A stretch of DNA of 16,144 nucleotides from Candidatus Margulisbacteria bacterium GWF2_35_9 (GTDB lineage Bacteria; Margulisbacteria; Riflemargulisbacteria; GWF2-35-9): assembly GCA_001783275.1 (NCBI GenBank), contig MFRH01000066.1, positions 10,033 through 26,176 on the forward strand, given 5' to 3'. The number at the start of each line of letters is the position of its first letter. Position 1 is the first letter of the stretch. Position numbers and translations under genes: made by a program. Below are positions 8,414 to 16,014 of this stretch, piece by piece. The notes under the pieces were generated by a model. That model made no database searches, was not told the origin of the DNA, and worked only from the letters and a program-made list of their open reading frames with translations.

Positions 8414-9402
8414 GTAGGTATCCTTATAGCTTTTATTATAATTTCAATCATTTCTTTGTAAGAAAGACCGCTTTCTTTTGCTGCTGCGACAAATCCACTA
8501 TCTTCAGCTATTCCTGGATTTGCATTAACTTCAAGTATCCATGGACGGTTGTGTTTATCCACCCGGAAATCTACTCTAGCATATGCGTTAAGACCAAAGA
8601 GTTTCCAGCAATTTAATGAAATCTGTTTAAGTTCATCCAACAACTTTTTATCACTGTCTTTGAAGGTAAATGTCCGACTGGTATTTTTATATTCAAAGGT
8701 GGTTTCCTCCCACTTAGCGGCATAGCTTACTATTTTTGCTTTGTCTTTTGGAAAATTGAAAAACTGCATTTCGGCAGGTGGTAAAACAGTTGGATTAGAA
8801 TCGGGACCAATAATGGAAATATTAAATTCCCGACCATCTATATATTCTTCAGCAAAAAAATGGTCATGCAGTCTTTCGTTCCTGTCCAGAATGAAATCGT
8901 TTAAGGCTTGTCCGCTATTAAAAGTTTTTACTGAAGAATCATCAATATTTATAGAGGCATCCTCTACTATAGATTTTACAATTACACGCTTGTTTTCTAA
9001 GGGAACAGCAGATGAAGAAGTCTTAGGATCATACCATTCTGCTGTTGGCAGGATTGCCTGTCTTAACACCGTTTTGCTTAATACCTTGTCTGTTGTTAAA
9101 TAAATGGCCTCCGCAGAACATCCACTGTATGGAATTGCGTAAAAATCTAGTAGGGCTGGGACAAGATGTAAAAAACGTCCCTCCATTTCAACCAGATTAA
9201 ATACAAACTCAGCGGTTTTTAGCTCAGGAAGAATGGACGTCAAATTTTCAGGAGATACTTGTTTTATAAGTGGATCATAGCCCAAGGCTATAATGGCCTC
9301 GTTAACATTCTTTATCTGAACAAGCGTATCCAACTGATCCTCTGCATTAGGATCAGTTATCTGCTGATGCAAAAGCACCACATTTTTTAAACGTGTAGTC
9401 AT
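8410..9402 (-). CDS. D-alanine-D-alanine-ligase-like ATP-grasp amide ligase (about 330 aa).
   Basis: C-terminal …YARVDFRVDKHNRPWILEVNANPGIAEDSGF… matches the Ddl ATP-grasp Mg/ATP site. The N-terminal Ddl-like Rossmann domain starts at MTTRLKNVVLLHQQ. I place the start at ATG 9402-9400, which forms an ATGA overlap with the upstream stop. The longest-ORF start at 9486 would instead give an 88-nt overlap. Confidence 0.82.
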   Translation of the reverse strand: MTTRLKNVVLLHQQITDPNAEDQLDTLVQIKNVNEAIIALGYDPLIKQVSPENLTSILPELKTAEFVFNLVEMEGRFLHLVPALLDFYAIPYSGCSAEAIYLTTDKVLSKTVLRQAILPTAEWYDPKTSSSAVPLENKRVIVKSIVEDASINIDDSSVKTFNSGQALNDFILDRNERLHDHFFAEEYIDGREFNISIIGPDSNPTVLPPAEMQFFNFPKDKAKIVSYAAKWEETTFEYKNTSRTFTFKDSDKKLLDELKQISLNCWKLFGLNAYARVDFRVDKHNRPWILEVNANPGIAEDSGFVAAAKESGLSYKEMIEIIIKAIRIPT

Positions 9403-11729
9403 TGCATGACCGGAGTAAGTCTTTTTACAGCTGAATCCATAATCATTTGGATCAGTTTTGTATAAGGGATTCCCATATGTCTGCAAAGAATTGGCAGGTC
9501 CGAATCATTCGGGTTTAGTCCAGCAAGTGTATTAACCTCAATAAAGTTAGGAACTCCATTTTTATCCAGACGCATATCAATTCTCCCACCATCTCTACAT
9601 CCCAAAGCTTTCCATGCTTTGATAGCGATATCTGCACTTTTTTGGGCTTCAATATCTGTTGCTATTGTATAGTGAATCATTTCCTCATAATTTTGCTTAT
9701 TAGCGTAAGAATATATCTCTTGTTCCGCATTTTTTGAAATGAATACTTCTAAGACTCCAAGAGCTTTCGCTTCAGATCCTGTACCAACTATTCCAATAGT
9801 GAATTCTCTTCCTGGCAGAAATTCTTCAACAAGAACTGCTTGTTGAAATTTAACCAACAAGTCTTTGACCGTTTGATGCAAAGTTTCTTTATCCTTTATT
9901 TTTGAAGTGGCAGTAACTCCTTTACTGCTACCTTCCGCCACTGGTTTAGCGAATAACGGGAATTCCAGATTAATGTTTTCTATATCCTCTACATTTTCCA
10001 CTACATGAAAAGCAGCGGTAGGAATTCCTTTATCTTTTAACACATGCTTTACAAGGCCTTTATGCTGGGAAAGTGAATGAATGGTTGAAGATGAAAAGGT
10101 AGAAGGAATGCCATACGCATCTAATAGGCTGGGCACTTGAGACTCCCGGGATATTCCATGTAGACCTTCGGCAATATTAAACACCAAATCCCATTTTTTC
10201 CCATTGTGCAATAGGTGAACCAAATTATGAATATTACCGATTCGATCTGTTTCGTAGCCTAATTCCTTCAAACTATTTTCAATGGCTTCAATGGTTTCTA
10301 TTTTATCAAATTCAGCGATATCCTCATTGCTGTATCCCATATTTTTATAATCTTCTTTCAAGTCATAACAGATGCCAACTTTGAGTTTTTTGCTTTTCTG
10401 CTCAGAAACAGGGTCATAGTAAGAATATATCTTGTCCTGATAGTTTTTCAACATAACCTGATTGCCATTCCGTCCAATATAATACTCTGGTAATATCGGG
10501 ATTTTTCCTCCTCCACCAGGAGCGTCTATTACATAATGAGGAATAGCATAACCAGAGGTGTGGCCTCTTAATCCCTTGATGATTTCCAGTCCTTTTTCTA
10601 CACTTGTTCGGAAGTGAGAAGATCCTTCAATAAGATCGCACTGATACAAATAGTAGGGGCGGACTCGAATCTTGAGTAGTTCATGGAACAGCTTCTTCAT
10701 AATGGGGACACTGTCATTTATACCTTTTAGTAAAACCGTCTGACTACCCAAGGGAATGCCAGCATCGGCAAGCCGATTGCAGGCCTCTCTTGTTTCTTCT
10801 GTTATTTCATCTGGATGAGTGAAATGCAGACTTAAATACAGTGGCTTGTACTTCTGCAGAATCTTTAGCAATTTTTTGGTTATTCTTTGTGGCAAGACAG
10901 CTGGTATTTTGGAGCCAATCCGAATAATTTCAAGATGTTTTATTTCGCTTAATCCTGAAAGCAACCAGTCTAGTTGCTTATCTGAAAGCGTCAAAGGATC
11001 TCCACCGGAAATAATAACATCACGTATTTCGGTATGGGCCTGAATATAATCAATAGAATCCTGCCAATCAGCAAAACCGGTTTTTTGTTTTTTAGTTACA
11101 TGACCTACTACCCGAGAGCGGGTGCAGTATCGGCAATTGACAGAACAAAAACTGGTTGCCAGAAAAAGGGCCCGGTCTGGGTATCGATGTATAATACCAT
11201 TTACGGGTCGAGTAGTGTCTTCTCCTAAGGGATCAAAGGATTCTTCCTGTGTAATTTTCAATTCATCTATAACTGGAATAACCGAACGGCGTATAGATTG
11301 TTTTCCATTTCTTTCATCCAGAAGGCTTGCATAATAGGGAGTTATTGAGATCGGAAGCTTCCCAAGTTTGCCTCTTTTTTCAAGTATCTCCCGTTCAGTA
11401 TTGCTTAGTGTAACAAATGTTTCCAGTTGTTTTAATGTTCGAATCCTGTTACGCAACTGCCACTTCCAGTTACCCCAGTTAATTTTTGTCGATCCAGGAA
11501 AGTGTTTATGATAAAACTTTGCGGATTTATTAGAAATTGGGAAACCATGGTTTTTGTTTGGGATAACAGAAGGAAGGGACATAAGATTTTTTTCATAAAT
11601 CGGCAATCTCAGACCGTGTTTTGGTAAAATAGCAATTATAGTGCCAAGCGGAGGCTCTCCTTCATCGGAATTTTCCTCAGAAATGGAACCTATATCAACC
11701 AGATTTAGGTTATTATTTTTTGTTATCAT
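9399..11729 (-). CDS. kamA: Fusion protein: lysine 2,3-aminomutase (radical-SAM KamA/AblA, residues about 70-440) fused to a C-terminal D-Ala-D-Ala-ligase-like ATP-grasp domain (about 450-776).
   Basis: N-terminal part is block-by-block colinear with Clostridium subterminale LAM: WGNWKWQLRNRI, ITPYYASLLD, HRYPDRALFLATSFCSVNCRYCTRSR (CxxxCxxC), IISGGDPLTLSD, RIGSKIPAVLPQRIT, RVRPYYLYQCDL, GLRGHTSGYAIPHYVIDAPGGGGK. C-terminal part is colinear with Ddl: WDLVFNIAEGLHG, PLFAKPVAEGSSKGV, VLVEEFLPGREFTIGIVG, GCRDGGRIDMRLDKNGVPNFIEVNTLAGL. Ends TGA at 9401-9399. Confidence 0.9.
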   Translation of the reverse strand: MITKNNNLNLVDIGSISEENSDEGEPPLGTIIAILPKHGLRLPIYEKNLMSLPSVIPNKNHGFPISNKSAKFYHKHFPGSTKINWGNWKWQLRNRIRTLKQLETFVTLSNTEREILEKRGKLGKLPISITPYYASLLDERNGKQSIRRSVIPVIDELKITQEESFDPLGEDTTRPVNGIIHRYPDRALFLATSFCSVNCRYCTRSRVVGHVTKKQKTGFADWQDSIDYIQAHTEIRDVIISGGDPLTLSDKQLDWLLSGLSEIKHLEIIRIGSKIPAVLPQRITKKLLKILQKYKPLYLSLHFTHPDEITEETREACNRLADAGIPLGSQTVLLKGINDSVPIMKKLFHELLKIRVRPYYLYQCDLIEGSSHFRTSVEKGLEIIKGLRGHTSGYAIPHYVIDAPGGGGKIPILPEYYIGRNGNQVMLKNYQDKIYSYYDPVSEQKSKKLKVGICYDLKEDYKNMGYSNEDIAEFDKIETIEAIENSLKELGYETDRIGNIHNLVHLLHNGKKWDLVFNIAEGLHGISRESQVPSLLDAYGIPSTFSSSTIHSLSQHKGLVKHVLKDKGIPTAAFHVVENVEDIENINLEFPLFAKPVAEGSSKGVTATSKIKDKETLHQTVKDLLVKFQQAVLVEEFLPGREFTIGIVGTGSEAKALGVLEVFISKNAEQEIYSYANKQNYEEMIHYTIATDIEAQKSADIAIKAWKALGCRDGGRIDMRLDKNGVPNFIEVNTLAGLNPNDSDLPILCRHMGIPYTKLIQMIMDSAVKRLTPVMQ

Positions 11730-11926
11730 TTTTTATTTCAGCCCTCATTTTTAAGTATTATTTCTGTCTATTTAAAACTCATTACATAAATATCATCATA
11801 CAAGTATTTTTAAAAAAAATAAATGGCCTATATTGAAGTTTTTTAAGTAGTCTTTTTATAGATTTTTTTGACCTCTTAAAACCAAACGCCTCTTCCTATG
11901 GCAACACGGTTATTTTTGAACTAGTC
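11730..11926 (-). promoter_or_regulatory. Upstream leader/promoter region of the kamA-fusion operon.
   Basis: 197-nt AT-rich gap between the SPFH gene end and the kamA-fusion ATG, same strand. GAGG lies about 12 nt upstream of the ATG. No specific promoter elements could be pinned. Confidence 0.25.
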
Positions 11927-12796
11927 TTAACTTTTTTTTATAGGAACTACACCTGCTAAATCACCGATCACATTAACTAGGTCAGAAGTTGATGGCACTA
12001 TAATTTTGGCATTATTTTCTAATGATTTTTGAGTTGTTTCCAAGCGTTTGAGTAATTGTGCATTACCAACAAAATATTTATTTGCAGCTTCGTTAATTGT
12101 CCTAATGGCTTCAGCTTCTCCTTCAGCTTCCAATATTCTGGCTTGTTTAATCCCTTCAGCTTTCTTAATGGATGATCGTTTTTCACCATCGGCCGCTGTT
12201 TCTGCCGCAGTTGCATAGTCAACGGCAGCAAGTTTTTCGTTTTCTGCCTTCACTATTTTATTCATCGTTTCTTGTACATCTTTTGGAGGATCAATTTGTT
12301 TAAGCTCCGCACGAACAATTTCCATACCCCATTTGGACGTTTCTTTAACAAGAATTTTTATGAGTTCCCCATTAATCCTGCCTCGCTCGCTATTAGCGGA
12401 TTTCAATGTCATGGTTCCAATAATATTACGCAGAGTTGTTCGGGCCAAGTTAACGATCTGATTATTAACATCAAAGACGTTATAAACACAATTTTTAACA
12501 GACTCTTCATCACTTTTAATTTTAAAATAAATCTGAGCATCCACTAAAGCATTAAGATTGTCATTTGTAATAATTTCTTGGGGTTCAGCATCTATCATTT
12601 GTTCAGTAATATTAATTATATAGATTAAGTCGATAAACGGAATAATCCAATTAAATCCGGGGTTTGCAAAACGTTGATATTTACCAAGTCTCTCGATTAA
12701 ACCTCTATTGGTAGGTCTTACAATCCTTATCCCCAGAACAAAAATAGCAATAACAACTATAAAAGCTGAAAAAAAAGTCATATAAATGTAATCCAT
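11927..12796 (-). CDS. SPFH/band-7 (stomatin/prohibitin/HflKC-like) membrane protein.
   Basis: N-terminal TM helix (FFSAFIVVIAIFVLGI) followed by the SPFH core (IVRPTNRGLIERLGKYQRFANPGFNWIIPFID…) and a C-terminal Ala/Glu-rich coiled coil (…EAEGEAEAIRTINEAA…). Confidence 0.85.
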   Translation of the reverse strand: MDYIYMTFFSAFIVVIAIFVLGIRIVRPTNRGLIERLGKYQRFANPGFNWIIPFIDLIYIINITEQMIDAEPQEIITNDNLNALVDAQIYFKIKSDEESVKNCVYNVFDVNNQIVNLARTTLRNIIGTMTLKSANSERGRINGELIKILVKETSKWGMEIVRAELKQIDPPKDVQETMNKIVKAENEKLAAVDYATAAETAADGEKRSSIKKAEGIKQARILEAEGEAEAIRTINEAANKYFVGNAQLLKRLETTQKSLENNAKIIVPSTSDLVNVIGDLAGVVPIKKS

Positions 12797-12991
12797 ATAA
12801 AAACCCTCCTTAATATTTTATTAACTATTTCCAAGCATAACCCATGAACTTCATAGAAGCAAACTAATAAGCTTTTTCAATAAATCAGGAATATTTCTTC
12901 CCTAAATCGTAATTAAGGGATATCATTCTCTTTACTTATAACCGTCTTTGGAAAAATATAAGTATAAAATATAAAATAAATGAGGTATAAC
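12797..12991. promoter_or_regulatory. Divergent intergenic region. Presumed promoters for the SPFH gene (minus) and the zinc-ribbon gene (plus).
   Basis: 195-nt AT-rich spacer between divergently oriented starts. Several -10-like hexamers (TATAAA/TAAAAT around 12962-12976). No confident -35 assignment. Confidence 0.3.
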
Positions 12992-13360
12992 ATGGGATTT
13001 TTCGATAAGGGAAAAAAAGATAATAATGAATTTCGATCAGAAGGAACAAAACGTAGATCCTCAGGTGGCGGTAGAGACTCATATGAAGAAAAGGAGTTAA
13101 CAACTGTCACATGCGATACCTGTGGCAAAAGTTGCACGGTACCCTTTAGACCAACAGCTGGCAAACCAGTTTATTGTAATGATTGTTTTAAGAAAAATGA
13201 TTCGGGTTCACGAAGTGACAGATCCGCCTATCCAAAACGTCGTACAGGTTCAGATTCTCGTGGTAGAAGTTCAGACAGTGGTTCTTCAAGTCGTGAATTA
13301 GCTCAGATTAATGCCAAGTTAGATCGTATTCTAGAGATGCTAGACCAAGACGCAGAATAA
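12992..13360 (+). CDS. Small C4 zinc-ribbon protein with a basic RS/SR-rich tail and a C-terminal coiled segment.
   Basis: CDTCGKSCTVPFRPTAGKPVYCNDCF (CxxC-x17-CxxC). This matches a widespread small zinc-ribbon family (C-x2-C-G-K…VPF-P…+PVYC-x2-C). GAGG lies 6 nt upstream of ATG 12992 (longest-ORF ATG is at 12980). Followed by a strong intrinsic terminator. Confidence 0.7.
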   Translation: MGFFDKGKKDNNEFRSEGTKRRSSGGGRDSYEEKELTTVTCDTCGKSCTVPFRPTAGKPVYCNDCFKKNDSGSRSDRSAYPKRRTGSDSRGRSSDSGSSSRELAQINAKLDRILEMLDQDAE

Positions 13361-13364
13361 ACTC

Positions 13365-13399
13365 TAAAAAAAGGCCATCCTTTGAATGGCCTTTTTTTT
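13365..13399. terminator. Rho-independent terminator, potentially bidirectional.
   Basis: A8 run (13365-13372), GGCCAT (13373-13378) / ATGGCC (13386-13391) stem with 7-nt loop CCTTTGA, then T8 (13392-13399). Sits immediately 3' of the zinc-ribbon gene. Confidence 0.75.
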
Positions 13400-13607
13400 C
13401 TCTGATAAAATACTTGATCGGCTTATTTTTTAACAAAATCATCATAAAACTTTTTTCTAAACATATATACCAGAATATTTCGATGCAAGTTTTTCTTTCT
13501 AAATGCCGATATAAGAAGTGTTACTAGGAAAAATGTCTTTACTTTGCTAACTTATTGCATCTAATTTGACGGATAATCTTTAAGAACCATTCATTTTAGG
13601 AGTCTTT

Positions 13608-14105
13608 ATGGCAGAAACATCGGGCATTTCTTTCAACGCTGGCATCAATTCTGGTTCGTTAGGTATCAATTCCAAACAAGACGTAGATGCTTTATCTGCA
13701 TTAACTGAGGAATATAGCGCAGGCAGTTTTTCTATAAATGGCACGTCGTTTATAAACAGTTTTCAAAATGAACTCGACGATTTACAAGAAGTGTCGCAGG
13801 TCTCATTATCCTCTATGACATTAGGTGGATCTGTTGATAATATCAAAGATGCAGTAAGTAGTATCGCCAATAAATTAGGCGTTTCCTTTAATGATGCAAT
13901 CAACATGCTCAAAACAACTGGCGGTAAAAATATTGATACAGATCCATTAGATAAAAAGAATGCCCTTCACAATTCAACTCCTTTTGATGAGATGAAAAAC
14001 ATACAAGCACTCTATTCAAGATTTGAAGACGAAGATGAAAAAAAAGTTGATAGTACTATTATTTCAGCGATAAACCCGACCTATCAATCAACGATGGTTT
14101 TCTAA
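13608..14105 (+). CDS. Hypothetical acidic Ser/Asn-rich protein (165 aa) with no signal peptide and no recognised domain.
   Basis: AGGAG (13598-13602) lies 5 nt upstream of ATG 13608. The ORF is uninterrupted. Composition is low-complexity and acidic (many D/E/S/N). I recognise no homolog. Confidence 0.5.
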   Translation: MAETSGISFNAGINSGSLGINSKQDVDALSALTEEYSAGSFSINGTSFINSFQNELDDLQEVSQVSLSSMTLGGSVDNIKDAVSSIANKLGVSFNDAINMLKTTGGKNIDTDPLDKKNALHNSTPFDEMKNIQALYSRFEDEDEKKVDSTIISAINPTYQSTMVF

Positions 14106-14260
14106 TAGCCATTAGTTATTCCCCTCTATTAATTTTATTAAGCCCTATAGTAGAATACTAATATAATAATGGGGAATTAAACTGGAAATAGAAAATCCCA
14201 CTCAAGGAAAAACATAAATTTTATTGAAGGACGTACTGATTTGAATTATAAAGTATTTAT

Positions 14261-15550
14261 ATGAGGCTCTTAAACTTTCAGGTTAATTACTATAAATGCA
14301 TCAGTGATTCCGGTATTATCAACATTAACGATATTGCGTGTTTCATTGGCAACAACAATAGTGGAAAAACAGCTTTATTTGAAGCTCTTTACAAATTGAA
14401 CCCCGCTTTTTCGAAAAACAAGTTTTTTGAGTCTGATGATTTTCCAAAAGACAAGATTGAATACCAAAACTCTAAAACAAGAGTAATTACTTGTACCTTT
14501 AAACTAACTGATGCAGAATTAATATTTATTAATAAAAAATTTGGAGACCATTGCATAAATTCCGATATTATTACTGTATCAAGAGACTATGCAAATAATC
14601 TCCATTGGGATTTTGAAATTAACGAAGAAAGTTATGTTAAACATCTTATTGATAAAAGAAATTTAACAAAATTATTTGAGAAACATTTAAGTAAGATTAA
14701 TTCAGTGGAATCCTGCTATAGTGTTGCGAAGGAATTGCCTCCTCTATCAACCAGCCTCGTTTCGTTTATTACCCAACTTGAATTATTGAAAATTCGTTCA
14801 ATGAAGGAAGAAATTATTGAAGGATACTTTCAACACTGGATACCCAAATTCCTATATATTTCTGAAGTTCATAAGCTACCGGGTTATTTTTCATTAAAAC
14901 AAATAACCAAAGCCCTCTCTTCATCAGATGATGTTAAAGAAGCTGCAAAAACAGCTTTAGCTTTCTTAAAACTACTGGAAGTAGATATTAACAGCTTATT
15001 AACCGAACCAGATAATAATAAACTACTTGAAACAATGAATAACTTATCAAGTAATCTGTCATCACACCTTTCTTCCATTTTACAAATTTTTGAACATCTA
15101 CAAATTGATATTGATATTCAATCCCTAGTTGCCCAAAATGTTCGTATTGATTCCACAATTTATATCAACATAACCAATAAAGAAACTAAGATCACTTTAC
15201 CTATTGGAAAACATGGAAAATCACTAGTTTATTTTTTATCGTTCCTTTGCTCCTTATCAATAATAAAAGATAAAACCGAACCATATATAATACTTATTGA
15301 TACACCCTCAGATCATTTAAGCATCGATGCTCAATCCGAATTTTGTAAATATATTCATGATGTATTAACACAAAAACACCAAATTCTATATACAACACAT
15401 TCTCCATTTATGATTAATACGAAAGCAAAAGACAATCTTTATTCTGTCTTTATCAAACCAAACTTCGGGACTGTCGTATCTCAAGACGTAAACTCAGATT
15501 CACTGACAAAGAAGATTTCAGATATCGCAGACAAATTCTATTCGAAATAA
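14261..15550 (+). CDS. OLD/AAA_15-type ABC ATPase (429 aa) with a degenerate Walker B. Putative orphan defence/abortive-infection ATPase.
   Basis: N-terminus MRLLNFQVNYYKCI…ININDIACFIGNNNSGKTALFEAL matches the OLD-family start (MkIkslkIkNF…) and has the P-loop GxNxSGKT. It has a long helical insert. The C-terminal …PYIILIDTPSDHLSIDAQ…QILYTTHSPFMI gives Walker B hhhhD plus the TTHSP H-loop. The canonical DEPE…LHP is DTPS…LSI here. No TOPRIM or nuclease domain is present, and no partner gene lies downstream. Confidence 0.72.
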   Translation: MRLLNFQVNYYKCISDSGIININDIACFIGNNNSGKTALFEALYKLNPAFSKNKFFESDDFPKDKIEYQNSKTRVITCTFKLTDAELIFINKKFGDHCINSDIITVSRDYANNLHWDFEINEESYVKHLIDKRNLTKLFEKHLSKINSVESCYSVAKELPPLSTSLVSFITQLELLKIRSMKEEIIEGYFQHWIPKFLYISEVHKLPGYFSLKQITKALSSSDDVKEAAKTALAFLKLLEVDINSLLTEPDNNKLLETMNNLSSNLSSHLSSILQIFEHLQIDIDIQSLVAQNVRIDSTIYINITNKETKITLPIGKHGKSLVYFLSFLCSLSIIKDKTEPYIILIDTPSDHLSIDAQSEFCKYIHDVLTQKHQILYTTHSPFMINTKAKDNLYSVFIKPNFGTVVSQDVNSDSLTKKISDIADKFYSK

Positions 15551-15591
15551 TTTGAACGAAAGTTATTTGCTTAATTTAGGATGAAAATTAT

Positions 15592-16014
15592 CTATTTAAA
15601 AACGCGTCTTAAAACCATATAAAACGTTTCTTTTCTAAATGGCTTAACAATATAATAACTTGCACCCATCTGCATTGCTTGGATAACTCGATTCTTATCA
15701 CCTAACGCAGAGACCATAATAATTTTTGTATTTGGGTATCCCTCAACTATTTCTGGCAACGTAGTTAATCCATCCTTAATTGGCATTGTTATATCTAGGG
15801 TAACCAAATCAACAGGCTCATTTATTTCTGCTAACAATTTAAGGGCTTCTTCACCATTTTTTGCGGATCCAATAACATTTAATCCGAAATCTTTTAAAGT
15901 ACGCGTTACAATTTTTATCATTGCAATTGAATCATCGATTATGAATGCATTTAACGGTTTACCGTCTTCTTTTACACCAAGTACCATTAACTCATCATTA
16001 GCATTTTTTAACAT
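15592..16014 (-). CDS. Stand-alone CheY-like response-regulator receiver domain protein (140 aa).
   Basis: Receiver signature: acidic pair IIDDS, phospho-acceptor context LVTLDITMP, IMVSA (Thr/Ser position), and VKPF (conserved Lys). SD-like AAGGGG lies 5 nt before ATG 16014. No output domain. Confidence 0.85.
   Translation of the reverse strand: MLKNANDELMVLGVKEDGKPLNAFIIDDSIAMIKIVTRTLKDFGLNVIGSAKNGEEALKLLAEINEPVDLVTLDITMPIKDGLTTLPEIVEGYPNTKIIMVSALGDKNRVIQAMQMGASYYIVKPFRKETFYMVLRRVFK

Noticed and set aside
9403-9486. Longest-ORF start for the second ATP-grasp at ATG 9486, giving an 88-nt overlap with the kamA fusion.
   Set aside because: The first 28 codons have no Ddl-like sequence. ATG 9402 gives a canonical ATGA coupling overlap and begins exactly at the conserved Ddl N-terminal strand.
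8741-11334. Plus-strand ORFs 8741..9103, 10819..11043, 11034..11228 and 11122..11334.
   Set aside because: Antisense shadows of the ATP-grasp and LAM-fusion genes. The minus-strand proteins have unambiguous family motifs.
12019-13164. ORFs 12019..12231 (-), 12272..12547 (+) and 12913..13164 (-).
   Set aside because: They lie within or antisense to the SPFH gene and the zinc-ribbon gene/intergenic region. No independent support.
14884-15078. Minus-strand ORF inside the ATPase gene.
   Set aside because: Antisense to the OLD-like ATPase. 64 aa with no signals.
15581-15604. Imperfect palindrome TTTAAAAACGCGTCTTAAAA between the convergent ATPase and CheY genes as a bidirectional terminator.
   Set aside because: The stem is short and mismatched, AT-only apart from the central ACGCGT, with no proper loop or T-tract, and it overlaps the CheY stop codon. 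Too weak to call.
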